IMG/VR virus record: IMGVR_UViG_3300029319_000004
Location: 116,712-180,711 of that record
Reading direction: 5' to 3' (one strand)
Length of the DNA: 64,000 nt
Source: a virus
The notes beneath the pieces were generated by a model, which was not told the DNA's origin, ran no database searches, and was given only the letters and a program-made list of their open reading frames with translations. Position numbers and translations under genes: made by a program. Below are positions 1-8,818 of this stretch, piece after piece (within the stretch, counting starts at the first letter, position 1; the number at the start of each line of letters is the position of its first letter).

Positions 1-1
1 G

Positions 2-289
2 GATAACCGCGGCGATGTTGGTGCAGTTAAAGCTGGCAATCTTAGCCGTAAGTTCGATGTTTACGTCGATCCTTACTTCCCTCGTTCAACGATCCTTGTT
101 GGTCGTCGCGGAGGCAGCTTCCTTGAGAGCGGCTATGTTTACGCACCTTACGTGCCTCTACAGGTTACTCCGACAATCTTCGGTACTGAGGACTTCGTGC
201 CCCGTAAGGGCGTGATGACTCGTTACGCTAAGAAGATGGTCCGACCTGATATGTACGGTCTGGTTATCTGCCAAGATCTCTTAGGCTAA
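2..289 (+). CDS. Major capsid protein, C-terminal fragment (T4 gp23-like, 5' truncated by window)
   Basis: Not in the ORF track. Frame 2 reads DNRGDVGAVKAGNLSRKFDVYVDPYFP...GYVYAPYVPLQVTPTIFGTEDFVPRKGVMTRYAKKMVRPDMYGLVICQDLLG*. YAPYVPL and P-RKGVMTRY are typical gp23-family C-terminal motifs. Confidence 0.92.
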   Translation, partial: DNRGDVGAVKAGNLSRKFDVYVDPYFPRSTILVGRRGGSFLESGYVYAPYVPLQVTPTIFGTEDFVPRKGVMTRYAKKMVRPDMYGLVICQDLLG

Positions 290-318
290 GCTTAAAGATT
301 TGGTTGTAACGCCAAACG

Positions 319-352
319 ACCCCGCCTGTTCATTCAGGCGGGGTTTTCTTTT
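319..352 (+). terminator. Rho-independent terminator after capsid gene
   Basis: CCCCGCCTG-ttcatt-CAGGCGGGG stem followed by TTTTCTTTT. Confidence 0.9.
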
Positions 353-360
353 GTCATCAA

Positions 361-368
361 ACTATTTA
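361..368 (+). promoter_or_regulatory. Putative late-promoter motif ACTA(T/C/G/A)TTA; further copies at 3041, 7061, 8792, 21722, 29740, 39705, 49999, 50825, and CTANTTA at 19819, 38171
   Basis: The same octamer recurs in intergenic gaps directly upstream of neck, sheath, tube and tape-measure genes and several orphan genes. Confidence 0.65.
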
Positions 369-393
369 CCTTGTACAATAGGAGATAAAATGT

Positions 394-1671
394 ATGTCGC
401 TCCCAAATCTTACACCCGCATCTTCAGCTAGCGCAGTTGTCCTGCCTGAGACTGGATCTTTATCAAACGCAGCGATATCAACTAATTATCCCTATGGAAT
501 ATACGCTTCAGGATCGCTTTCAAATAGTAGTTTTGTTACAGGCGCTGCAGAGCAAGTAAATTATACTTACCGCAAGCTTGGCGGTGATGTGCTTGACATT
601 GAGTTAACAGAGAAGAATATATTTGCAGCATATGAGGAAGCTGTACTAGAATATTCTTATATTTTAAACGTTCATCAGGCAAAAAATATACTTCATAGTG
701 CTTTGGGATCCACAACCGGCACTTTTGATAGTGATGGCGAGAGAACAGACGCTAAAGCGGATGATAAAATACAATTAAAATATCCAAAGTTTAGATTTGG
801 GTATGCCAAAAGAGCCATGGACCACAGCATTTCAGAAACTGGCTTAGGCGGGACAACTCCAGTATATACAGCTTCCTTTGATGCAGTTATCAACAAACAA
901 GAATATGATTTACAGGAAATAGTACAGAATCTTTCTTTAACTGCAAGCTCAAATTATCCAGGCGTTGTTGACAACAGTAGGGTTATTATTCGCAGGGTGT
1001 ACTATAGGACTCCTCATACAATGTGGAGATTTTATGGATACTATGGAGGAATGAATCAAGTTGGTAATATGTCAACTTATGGTATGTATGCGGATGACTC
1101 AACATTTGAAGTAATTCCTCCTTGGCACAATAAGCTTCAAGCTATGGCATATGAGGACGCGATCTATACCAGAAACTCACATTATTCATACGAGATCCAG
1201 AATAATGTTTTGAAATTATTTCCTCACCCCACAACTGTCGGTCCTGAAAAATATTTCTTTGAATTTACTGTTCACAGCCCTGATGAAATATTTGAAGAAC
1301 AAGATGTTAAAAAAGATGGAATTGACGGCGTCAACAACATGAACACGCTTCCTATGTCTAATATACCTTATGAGAATATCAATGCCATAGGAAAGCAGTG
1401 GATTCGTAGATTTGCTCTTGCTTTGACAAAAGAAACACTTGGGCAAGTGCGTTCAAAGTTTGGAAACGTTCCAATTCCAAACAACACTGTACAGCTTAAT
1501 GGAGCTGCACTTATTACAGAGGGCAAAGACCTACAAAACAAGCTTCGCGAGGAACTTCAGAAAGTTCTAGATGAAATGACTTATGAAAAGATGGTGGAAA
1601 CTCAGAGCAATATCACTGAGAAGACTCAAGGCATTGCAAAACACTATCCTTTCTTTATTTACCAGGGATAA
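394..1671 (+). CDS. Neck/head-tail adaptor protein (T4 gp13-like)
   Basis: Lies between capsid and tail genes. C-terminal WIRRFALALTKETLGQVRSKF..IPIP..TVQLNG..L..EG..L..LREEL matches the gp13-type ending. Confidence 0.75.
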   Translation: MSLPNLTPASSASAVVLPETGSLSNAAISTNYPYGIYASGSLSNSSFVTGAAEQVNYTYRKLGGDVLDIELTEKNIFAAYEEAVLEYSYILNVHQAKNILHSALGSTTGTFDSDGERTDAKADDKIQLKYPKFRFGYAKRAMDHSISETGLGGTTPVYTASFDAVINKQEYDLQEIVQNLSLTASSNYPGVVDNSRVIIRRVYYRTPHTMWRFYGYYGGMNQVGNMSTYGMYADDSTFEVIPPWHNKLQAMAYEDAIYTRNSHYSYEIQNNVLKLFPHPTTVGPEKYFFEFTVHSPDEIFEEQDVKKDGIDGVNNMNTLPMSNIPYENINAIGKQWIRRFALALTKETLGQVRSKFGNVPIPNNTVQLNGAALITEGKDLQNKLREELQKVLDEMTYEKMVETQSNITEKTQGIAKHYPFFIYQG

Positions 1672-1676
1672 TATAG

Positions 1677-2171
1677 ATGGCTGATGAAACAGACAAGTGG
1701 ACAAGGCCAGCTGTACCTCCGCCGCCCTTATTTTTAGGCGAAAAAGAACGCGATCTTGTCAAGCAAGTTAACGATGAGATCATTGAGCGTGTTATTGGGC
1801 AAGCAATTGCTTACTATCCTATTGATTTAGAGCGCACAAGATACCATCAGCTTTACGGTGAGGCAATTGTAAAAACATTTTTGCCACCGGTTCGCGTGCA
1901 TGCTTTGATCGACTTTCAGGGTCAAGAAACAAAGGCTGAAAATCATGGAATTGACAAAATGACAAAGATAACTGTGCATTTTCACAAGCGTAGGTTGACC
2001 GAAGACCAAGATTTGTTTGTTAGAGAGGGGGACTTTGTGCTCTATGGCGAAGCGTTCTACGAGATTGTGTCTTTAAAAGAAGCAAAAGAGCTTTTTGGCC
2101 AAGTTGATCGAAGAATAGAGATATCAGCACAATGTATACGTTCAAGGGAGGGCTTGTTCGATGGCACGTGA
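1677..2171 (+). CDS. Head completion/neck protein (gp14-like)
   Basis: YYPID..T..H.LYGEA..K.F and P-GD-V motifs; synteny. Confidence 0.6.
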   Translation: MADETDKWTRPAVPPPPLFLGEKERDLVKQVNDEIIERVIGQAIAYYPIDLERTRYHQLYGEAIVKTFLPPVRVHALIDFQGQETKAENHGIDKMTKITVHFHKRRLTEDQDLFVREGDFVLYGEAFYEIVSLKEAKELFGQVDRRIEISAQCIRSREGLFDGT

Positions 2172-3012
2172 TAAACAAAAAGGCGATGTTCAAGAAAAAG
2201 AAAGAGATATACCCTATTACAAGTCTGATTTAGAAGATGTTGATATGTCTGTATTTAATTTTTTTAATAAAAAGCTTAATATCAGCACCAGAACCAATAA
2301 AGGCTTTGCATCTGTGCCTATTGTGTGGGCTGGATACGAAAGAGCTAACAATGTAAAGCGAGACGACATTAAACGAGACTCAAAAGGTAACGTTACTTAT
2401 CCTATAATTGTTATTGAAAGAGGGAATATTGTAAAAGATCTGCAAAATGCAAAATCCTTCCCTTATGCAGCTGTCGACCCCCGCGGAGATTTGAAAGGCG
2501 GGCTAATAGAGATCAACCGCATTATAAAACAAGATAAAACTTCAAACTTTTTAAAAGCTGATACAATGTCTCGCTTATCGCAAGAAGGCCTTCCTGTAAA
2601 AAGAGGTCAAGAAAGCAATAAAGTTGTTTACGAAACCCTAACCATACCTATACCCATATATGTTAATATTGATTATAAAATAGTTGTCAGAACAGAGTAT
2701 CAAGAGCAAATGAACGATATAATGACGCCAATTATTAGAGCGTCAAATGCGCATCGTAGAATTATGATTGGTCATGGTGGAAATGCTTATGAAGCCTTTA
2801 TGGATGACAGTTATTCAGTAGCAAACAATATTTCAAATTATGAAACTAATGAGAGAAAATACGAAACATCTATGAATATGAAAGTTTTGGCTTATCTTAT
2901 TGGGGACACTAGAAATCAGAAACAACCTCGTGTTGTTCGCAGAGAAAATCCAGTCAAGGTGCGCCTTTTAAGAGAGAGAGTTGTGGTCGGTGACATCGAC
3001 GACGTATTTTAG
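2161..3012 (+). CDS. Tail terminator/sheath stabiliser (gp15-like)
   Basis: VPIVW..ERA, YPIIVI, IPIPIYVNIDY.I.V.TEYQEQMNDI pattern; immediately before sheath. Confidence 0.55.
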   Translation: MARDKQKGDVQEKERDIPYYKSDLEDVDMSVFNFFNKKLNISTRTNKGFASVPIVWAGYERANNVKRDDIKRDSKGNVTYPIIVIERGNIVKDLQNAKSFPYAAVDPRGDLKGGLIEINRIIKQDKTSNFLKADTMSRLSQEGLPVKRGQESNKVVYETLTIPIPIYVNIDYKIVVRTEYQEQMNDIMTPIIRASNAHRRIMIGHGGNAYEAFMDDSYSVANNISNYETNERKYETSMNMKVLAYLIGDTRNQKQPRVVRRENPVKVRLLRERVVVGDIDDVF

Positions 3013-3103
3013 AATTAAAAGGATTTTGCATTTAGGATATACTATTTATTAGAGAAAAATGTTCTACAAAAAGAACAACCTTTAGTGGTTAAGGAGTAAA
3101 AAA

Positions 3104-6100
3104 ATGTCAGACGATAGATTTAAGTTTATTTCACCGGGCGTCTTCATCGAGGAGATTGATCAGTCACAGTTGCCGGAGTTAACTGAGCGCATGGGTCCAG
3201 TTGTTGTTGGGCGTTTTCGCAAAGGACCATCAAATAGACCTATAAAAATTAAAGATTTTAACGAGCTAGTTGACGTTTTTGGAGCGCCTGCTCCTGGAAA
3301 CGCATCTGGCGATATCTGGCGCTCTGCTGCGATGACAGCACCCACTTATGCTGCATACGCTGCTCAAGCTTGGTTAAGAAATAATACTCCTTGCACCATT
3401 ATCCGCTTGCTTGGTGTTTCGCACGAAGATGCAGACTCATACAGCACCAACCCAACTGCTCCTGCAGGCTGGAGAACGGCTAATACTATAGCAAAAACTG
3501 GAACCGTAGGTGGAGCTTACGGCTTGCTTGTGATGCCTGACCCTGATGCAACAAATCAAGGCGCAACAACTTCAAGCGTGGATATCCAACTTTTAACAAC
3601 TGCAGAAGCAAATGTTTCTACCACTACAGTTCGTATTGGTATACCTAGTCATCTCGCTGGTGGTGTTTCTACAGGCGCCGCAGCTCCATCTTATTCTCAG
3701 GCGCTTACTTTTAATTTCACCGACAATATTGCTGCACCCGCTGCTAACACTATTGACGTTCTTGCAGAAGCAGCTACAACTGACGCCGCGATTAGTGGAG
3801 CCATGGGTCGATTAGTTGACCTAATTAACGGAGGTTCTGTTGCTTCGCCTAATTCCGCAGCCGGCACTATTTCATCTGTTGCAACTCTTGCTGGGGTTCA
3901 AGCTGCTCTTAGTGCTTCATACGATGACAGCACCAATAGACTGACTCTTGCCTCAAAAGTTGGAGGTAACTTAGCTAATAATATTAGCATCTGGGTCGAC
4001 GAGAACCTTTTCCAGGGCGACGGCACTGAGGGCACCGCCGACGTCGCGGCAACCGCCTCAATTACTACCAACGGCGGAGTACTCAATGATGAAACTTTTA
4101 CCCTTACAGATGCCGCTGGCCTATCAGTGCCTTTTATTTTTAAGACTGGCGTCACAACCGTAGATGGTACCAAATCCGGATCCAATGTAATTATTGGTGT
4201 TCAAAACGCTCTCGGTAGTGCAGCAGCTGTGGGAGAAAGGATCCGTGACGCTATCAACAACTCTGATCTTGCAATGACCGCCGCTGAAACCGCCGCCGGA
4301 GTTGTGGGCCTGACACAGACCGGTCTCGGCTCAGCAGGCAATAATAGTACTCCTGACATGTCTGGCGTCAGTAACACAACTTCAACTACCTTCACCGGAG
4401 GCGACGATGGTAGCCATAACTTAATTAAGCTTGGCACAACTGTTTCGCCAACTGACAACTCTTCTGATCATATTGCAGCTATCACAGCTTCAAGCGCTGT
4501 GCCTGTTACAGGAGCTTTGGGTGCCATCTGGTATGTTGAAGATGGTTACGTCCAGCTAATGGGAACTCCCCGTGATGCTCTTGATTCTGATAATGTACCA
4601 GTTACAAGTTCTGGTGTTTGGATTCGTTCGACAGGAGGCCAGTCTTTCCACGCAAGGGTTGCTTCAGGTTCTGCCGGAACTGTCCTGCAGAGCGCAAAAT
4701 TTAATTTTGATCCAACCTCGGATCAGTTCATCCGTAAATCCTTTAACACTGACCCGACTGCAGCTAATTCTGATTTAATTGACACATCAGCCGGTGGTGT
4801 TGTGCAGAAATACTTCTTGGGTGAGAGCTTTGAGGAAGAGATTCGCACAAGGCTAAGTGCTAACTCTGTTAGCGCTTCGGCTGCAGGTGATTATCTTGCA
4901 TGCGTCGTTGGTCTTAGCAGACCTACGCCCTCAACTGATTGGTCTAATCACCTTGTCTCTGCAACAGCCGGCGGAACTGGTTGGTTCTTCTCACAAGACA
5001 AGCGTGGAGCTGTTGAATCTGGTAACGGATTTGATCCAACTGATACTAGCATGGTTGAGAAACTTTTCCGGTTTGTTGCTCTTGACAATGGCGAGATGAC
5101 AAATAGAGAAATTAAAATTTCATTAGCAGACATTAAGCAGCCTGCTAATAACTTTGTAAAGTTTGGATCTTTCACTGTGTTGATTCGCGATGCAAAAGAT
5201 ACAGACAATAATCCAGTTGTCTTAGAAAGATACACAGGAGTTAACTTAGATCCTACATCTTCAAAATACATTGGTAGGGTTATTGGTGACAAAGAGTACG
5301 CCTATGATACTGTTTCAAGAACAGTTAGACAGTATGGTACCTATGATAATGCATCTAAATTTGTACGCGTGCTTGTCTCTGCTTTTGTTGACGCAGGAAA
5401 TGCTGAAGGATTGCTTCCTTTTGGTGTATACGGACCTGTTGTGCCTGATACCTTGGAAGTTCTAGGAAATCAAGGTCATACTGATGCTGATCCTAAAATT
5501 CGCAATTTAACTCTCACCTCTCCTGCTGACATTAAAGGCGCTGGATCTTGGGTTGTTGGAGCAGATAGCTTACCAACTGCTTCTTTGCAGAACATCGATA
5601 CTCTTGTTAATCCGGGCGCATCGCCTATTGATGCGGATGGTAGTGACGTCGTTGTTTGGGATGCTGGTCTCGCCCCTCTTACTGGTGCTATTGAGTGGCC
5701 ATCAAATAGAATTAGAGTTAGCGCTTCCGAGGGAGACTTAACTCGCTTATCTCAGGCCTACTTTGGATATCAATCCAATCGTGCGGGCACTAGAATATTT
5801 GCTGAGGAAAACTTGGACCACTTTAGAGGACCAGCGCTTGGAGTCGATATGTTTAGTCAAGCGGCTAGCGCTAGCCATTACTCTTGGATCTTTACTTTGG
5901 ATGATCTGGTTGTTGTTAATTCTGCTGATGGGTTATCAGTTAAGTCCGCAGTTCATACTAGTGGATCCCGAGCTAGCGCCACATCAAAGACCGGCCTAAG
6001 CGGATCAGACTCAATTCTTGATGCGGGATTCAACCGGTTTACCTCTCCAGTTTTTGGAGGCCAAGATGGTCTAGATATCACAGAGAAGGATCCGTTCCGG

Positions 6101-7060
6101 AATCGTTACTTGTCTACCGGATCGTCGGCGACTACAAACTATGCTTGGAATACTATTGAGCGATCAATTAATGTTCTGTCAGACCCAGAGTTTATCGAGT
6201 TTGATATCGCAACAATTCCAGGCTTAACCAACGAAACTCTTACTGATCAACTCGTTGTTGCAGTTGAAGAGCGCGCAGACGCTTTAGCAATTATTGACCT
6301 TAAAGGAAGTTACGAGCCTCCTCATGAGGGCATTGTTGGCGGCGAGGCAGTCTCTAGAAGAACTGGTTCAGTTGATAGTGTTGTTGCAAACCTTAAGGGA
6401 CGAGGTCTTAACTCAAGTTACGCATGTGCCTTCTTCCCGTTTGTTCAGATTCGAGATACGGTGAGCGATGCGATTCTATTCGTCCCGCCCTCCGTTGTCG
6501 CTCTGGGTACCATGTCTAGTTCGCAGCGCAGATCAGCAGTCTGGTTTGCCCCAGCTGGATTTACCCGTGGCGGCTTAAGCGAAGGTTCTGCCGGCTTGCC
6601 TGTTGTAGGAGTGCGCACCCGCGTTACTTCCGACCAGCGTGACAAGCTTTACGATGCAAACATTAATCCAATTGCAAGTTTCCCTGCAGAGGGTATTGTG
6701 GTGTTCGGTCAGAAAACACTTCAGGTTACGCCTTCGGCCCTTGACAGGATTAACGTTCGACGGCTTCTTATCTTCCTTAAGAAGGAGATTTCCAGAATTG
6801 CATCGAGAACACTCTTCGAGCAAAACGTTCAGTCGACTTGGGATCGTTTCAAAGGCGAGGTTAACCCATTTTTGGCTGGAGTGAAGGCTGGGCTAGGCTT
6901 AACCGACTACAAGTTGGTTCTTGACAGCACCACAACCACAGATGAGCTTGTAGATAGAAACATTCTATACGCAAAGATTTTCATTAAACCAGCAAGAGCC
7001 ATTGAGTTTATCGCACTTGATTTTATTATCACACGCAGTGGCGCATCTTTTGACGATTAA
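3104..7060 (+). CDS. Contractile tail sheath protein with large insertion (1318 aa)
   Basis: N-terminal SPGVFIEEIDQS; C-terminal WFAPAGFTRG, LYDANINPI, GQKTLQ..PSALDRINVRRLLI, IKPARAIEFI. Confidence 0.95.
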   Translation: MSDDRFKFISPGVFIEEIDQSQLPELTERMGPVVVGRFRKGPSNRPIKIKDFNELVDVFGAPAPGNASGDIWRSAAMTAPTYAAYAAQAWLRNNTPCTIIRLLGVSHEDADSYSTNPTAPAGWRTANTIAKTGTVGGAYGLLVMPDPDATNQGATTSSVDIQLLTTAEANVSTTTVRIGIPSHLAGGVSTGAAAPSYSQALTFNFTDNIAAPAANTIDVLAEAATTDAAISGAMGRLVDLINGGSVASPNSAAGTISSVATLAGVQAALSASYDDSTNRLTLASKVGGNLANNISIWVDENLFQGDGTEGTADVAATASITTNGGVLNDETFTLTDAAGLSVPFIFKTGVTTVDGTKSGSNVIIGVQNALGSAAAVGERIRDAINNSDLAMTAAETAAGVVGLTQTGLGSAGNNSTPDMSGVSNTTSTTFTGGDDGSHNLIKLGTTVSPTDNSSDHIAAITASSAVPVTGALGAIWYVEDGYVQLMGTPRDALDSDNVPVTSSGVWIRSTGGQSFHARVASGSAGTVLQSAKFNFDPTSDQFIRKSFNTDPTAANSDLIDTSAGGVVQKYFLGESFEEEIRTRLSANSVSASAAGDYLACVVGLSRPTPSTDWSNHLVSATAGGTGWFFSQDKRGAVESGNGFDPTDTSMVEKLFRFVALDNGEMTNREIKISLADIKQPANNFVKFGSFTVLIRDAKDTDNNPVVLERYTGVNLDPTSSKYIGRVIGDKEYAYDTVSRTVRQYGTYDNASKFVRVLVSAFVDAGNAEGLLPFGVYGPVVPDTLEVLGNQGHTDADPKIRNLTLTSPADIKGAGSWVVGADSLPTASLQNIDTLVNPGASPIDADGSDVVVWDAGLAPLTGAIEWPSNRIRVSASEGDLTRLSQAYFGYQSNRAGTRIFAEENLDHFRGPALGVDMFSQAASASHYSWIFTLDDLVVVNSADGLSVKSAVHTSGSRASATSKTGLSGSDSILDAGFNRFTSPVFGGQDGLDITEKDPFRNRYLSTGSSATTNYAWNTIERSINVLSDPEFIEFDIATIPGLTNETLTDQLVVAVEERADALAIIDLKGSYEPPHEGIVGGEAVSRRTGSVDSVVANLKGRGLNSSYACAFFPFVQIRDTVSDAILFVPPSVVALGTMSSSQRRSAVWFAPAGFTRGGLSEGSAGLPVVGVRTRVTSDQRDKLYDANINPIASFPAEGIVVFGQKTLQVTPSALDRINVRRLLIFLKKEISRIASRTLFEQNVQSTWDRFKGEVNPFLAGVKAGLGLTDYKLVLDSTTTTDELVDRNILYAKIFIKPARAIEFIALDFIITRSGASFDD

Positions 7061-7089
7061 ACTAGTTAATGATATAGGAGACCAGATAC

Positions 7090-7689
7090 ATGGCATTTTT
7101 TACAGAGACAGATAAAAAGTTAGGCAATCCTTTCGAGCCTAAAAGAAAATTCAGATGGCTTGTGAGCTTCAGTAATATTGGACAGCAAGCTAGCTTTATG
7201 TGTGTTAGCGTCTCCAAGCCATCAGCCAACATAGATGTTCACAAGCATGAATTTTTAAATCACGAATTTAAATTTCCAACCAAGCTTAAGTGGCAACCTA
7301 TAAGCGTTAAGTTTATTGATTCGTTTCAAGCAGACATGGGAAATAAATTCTATAATTTAATGAGAAATTCTGGTTACCAAGCACCTGAAAGCTTTGAGGC
7401 TGCAAAAATGGGCTTTACTAAGTCACAAATGCAGTTTGCTATCGGTCAAGTTACAATTAGCCAGTATGATGGTGGTGACGTCGATGTAGATCCGTCCACT
7501 GTTGCAATTACTGACAACCCAGGCTTTAACTTAGGAGTGCCAAGAGAAACTTGGACTTTGCATAATTCTCTTATGACTTCTGTTAAATTTGGTGACGGTT
7601 TGAGTTATACTGATAATGGCATAGTTGAAGTTGAAGTTGGTTTAGAGTATGATTATGCTACAATTTTAACTGGCCCACTAGCAGTATAA
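7090..7689 (+). CDS. Tail tube protein (gp19-like)
   Basis: EPKRKFRWLV..., KFP.KLKWQPISVKFID, W.L......VKFGD.LSY, LEYDYA; follows sheath. Confidence 0.85.
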   Translation: MAFFTETDKKLGNPFEPKRKFRWLVSFSNIGQQASFMCVSVSKPSANIDVHKHEFLNHEFKFPTKLKWQPISVKFIDSFQADMGNKFYNLMRNSGYQAPESFEAAKMGFTKSQMQFAIGQVTISQYDGGDVDVDPSTVAITDNPGFNLGVPRETWTLHNSLMTSVKFGDGLSYTDNGIVEVEVGLEYDYATILTGPLAV

Positions 7690-7713
7690 AATAAATAAAT
7701 TTACGAGGTAAAA

Positions 7714-8574
7714 ATGAGAAACAACGAGAAGCGCGTTGGGCAACCAGGGGGCCAAAACCCTGAGAGCCCAGCTGCAGCAGTTGCTGCGCAGCAGTCTCAA
7801 CCACTTTCTTTTGTAACACCAACGCAGTTTGTTGAGTTGCCTTCTAAGGGAGAGCTTTATCCTGAAGGACACCCTCTTCATAAGCAAGGGGTTATCGAAA
7901 TTAAGTATATGACTGCCAAAGAAGAAGATATCCTAACTTCAGAGGCTTTGCTTAGACAAGGCTTGGCGTTGGAGCGTCTTTTGTTTAGCATTATTTTGGA
8001 TAAAAGAATTGATCCCGAAACACTACTTTCGGGAGATCGCAATGCAATACTTATTGCGGCCAGAGAGAGTGGGTATGGTGCGCTATATGAGACAAAAATA
8101 ACTTGCCCCTCATGTGGTAGTGTGTCGGACTATACTTTTAGCTTAGAGGAAAAAACACTTAGCTTAGGCTGTTTAGATGACAACATACTCAAAGACAATT
8201 CTGTTAGATTGAAAGACGGAGTGCTTTATACAATGCTTCCCAAAACTGGTGTTGAGGTAGGCTTTAAGCTTCTTACAGGCAAAGATGAAAATGATTTGTC
8301 AAACCAGTCAAAACAAAAGAAAGCCAAAGGTCAGCATAATACGGTTACAGATCAGTTGTATAAAATAATTACCTCTGTAAACGGAAGCGAGGATAGATAT
8401 ACAGTGCATGAATTTATTATGTCTATGCCTATTAGTGATTCTAAACTTTTAAGAAAACTGCATAGGAAAATGACACCTAATGTAGATTTAACTCAGCTAT
8501 ACGGCTGTTCTAAGTGCGGTCACACCACAGACATGGAGGTGCCGTTTAATACGGAATTTTTTTGGCCTGAATGA
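7714..8574 (+). CDS. Baseplate hub assembly / tail assembly chaperone (gp26-like)
   Basis: VELPSKG..YP, KYMTAKEEDIL, LL.GDRNAIL.AAR..GYG, CPSC and CSKC zinc pairs, C-terminal FFWP. Confidence 0.85.
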   Translation: MRNNEKRVGQPGGQNPESPAAAVAAQQSQPLSFVTPTQFVELPSKGELYPEGHPLHKQGVIEIKYMTAKEEDILTSEALLRQGLALERLLFSIILDKRIDPETLLSGDRNAILIAARESGYGALYETKITCPSCGSVSDYTFSLEEKTLSLGCLDDNILKDNSVRLKDGVLYTMLPKTGVEVGFKLLTGKDENDLSNQSKQKKAKGQHNTVTDQLYKIITSVNGSEDRYTVHEFIMSMPISDSKLLRKLHRKMTPNVDLTQLYGCSKCGHTTDMEVPFNTEFFWPE

Positions 8575-8581
8575 TGAATAT

Positions 8582-8749
8582 ATGGAATATGTCTATAATG
8601 ACTTTTTCCTATTAAAATACCACGGTGGCTGGAGTTTCATCGAAGCCTATAACTTGCCTGTGGGATTGAGAAAGTGGTTCTTGAAAAGGTTGCAACGTCA
8701 ATTTGAAGACGAAAAAGATGCGATCGAAAAGGCCAATGAAGATAGTTAA
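8582..8749 (+). CDS. Small baseplate hub assembly protein (gp51-like), 55 aa; possibly a frameshift extension of the upstream ORF
   Basis: Not in track. Reads MEYVYNDFFLLKYHGGWSFIEAYNLPVGLRKWFLKRLQRQFEDEKDAIEKANEDS*; the frame is open upstream through the T7 run. Confidence 0.8.
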   Translation: MEYVYNDFFLLKYHGGWSFIEAYNLPVGLRKWFLKRLQRQFEDEKDAIEKANEDS

Positions 8750-8753
8750 TACG

Positions 8754-8783
8754 AGGAGGGCTAGCGCCCTCCTTTTCTTTTTT
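8754..8783 (+). terminator. Rho-independent terminator
   Basis: AGGAGGG-ctagcg-CCCTCCT then TTTCTTTTTT. Confidence 0.8.
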
Positions 8784-8818
8784 GTATTAGCACTATTTAG
8801 TTTAAGGGGTACAGTAAG

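Noticed and set aside
15-215. 66-aa ORF in the track
   Set aside because: Out-of-frame shadow of the capsid gene C-terminus, which reads in frame 2 (2..289).
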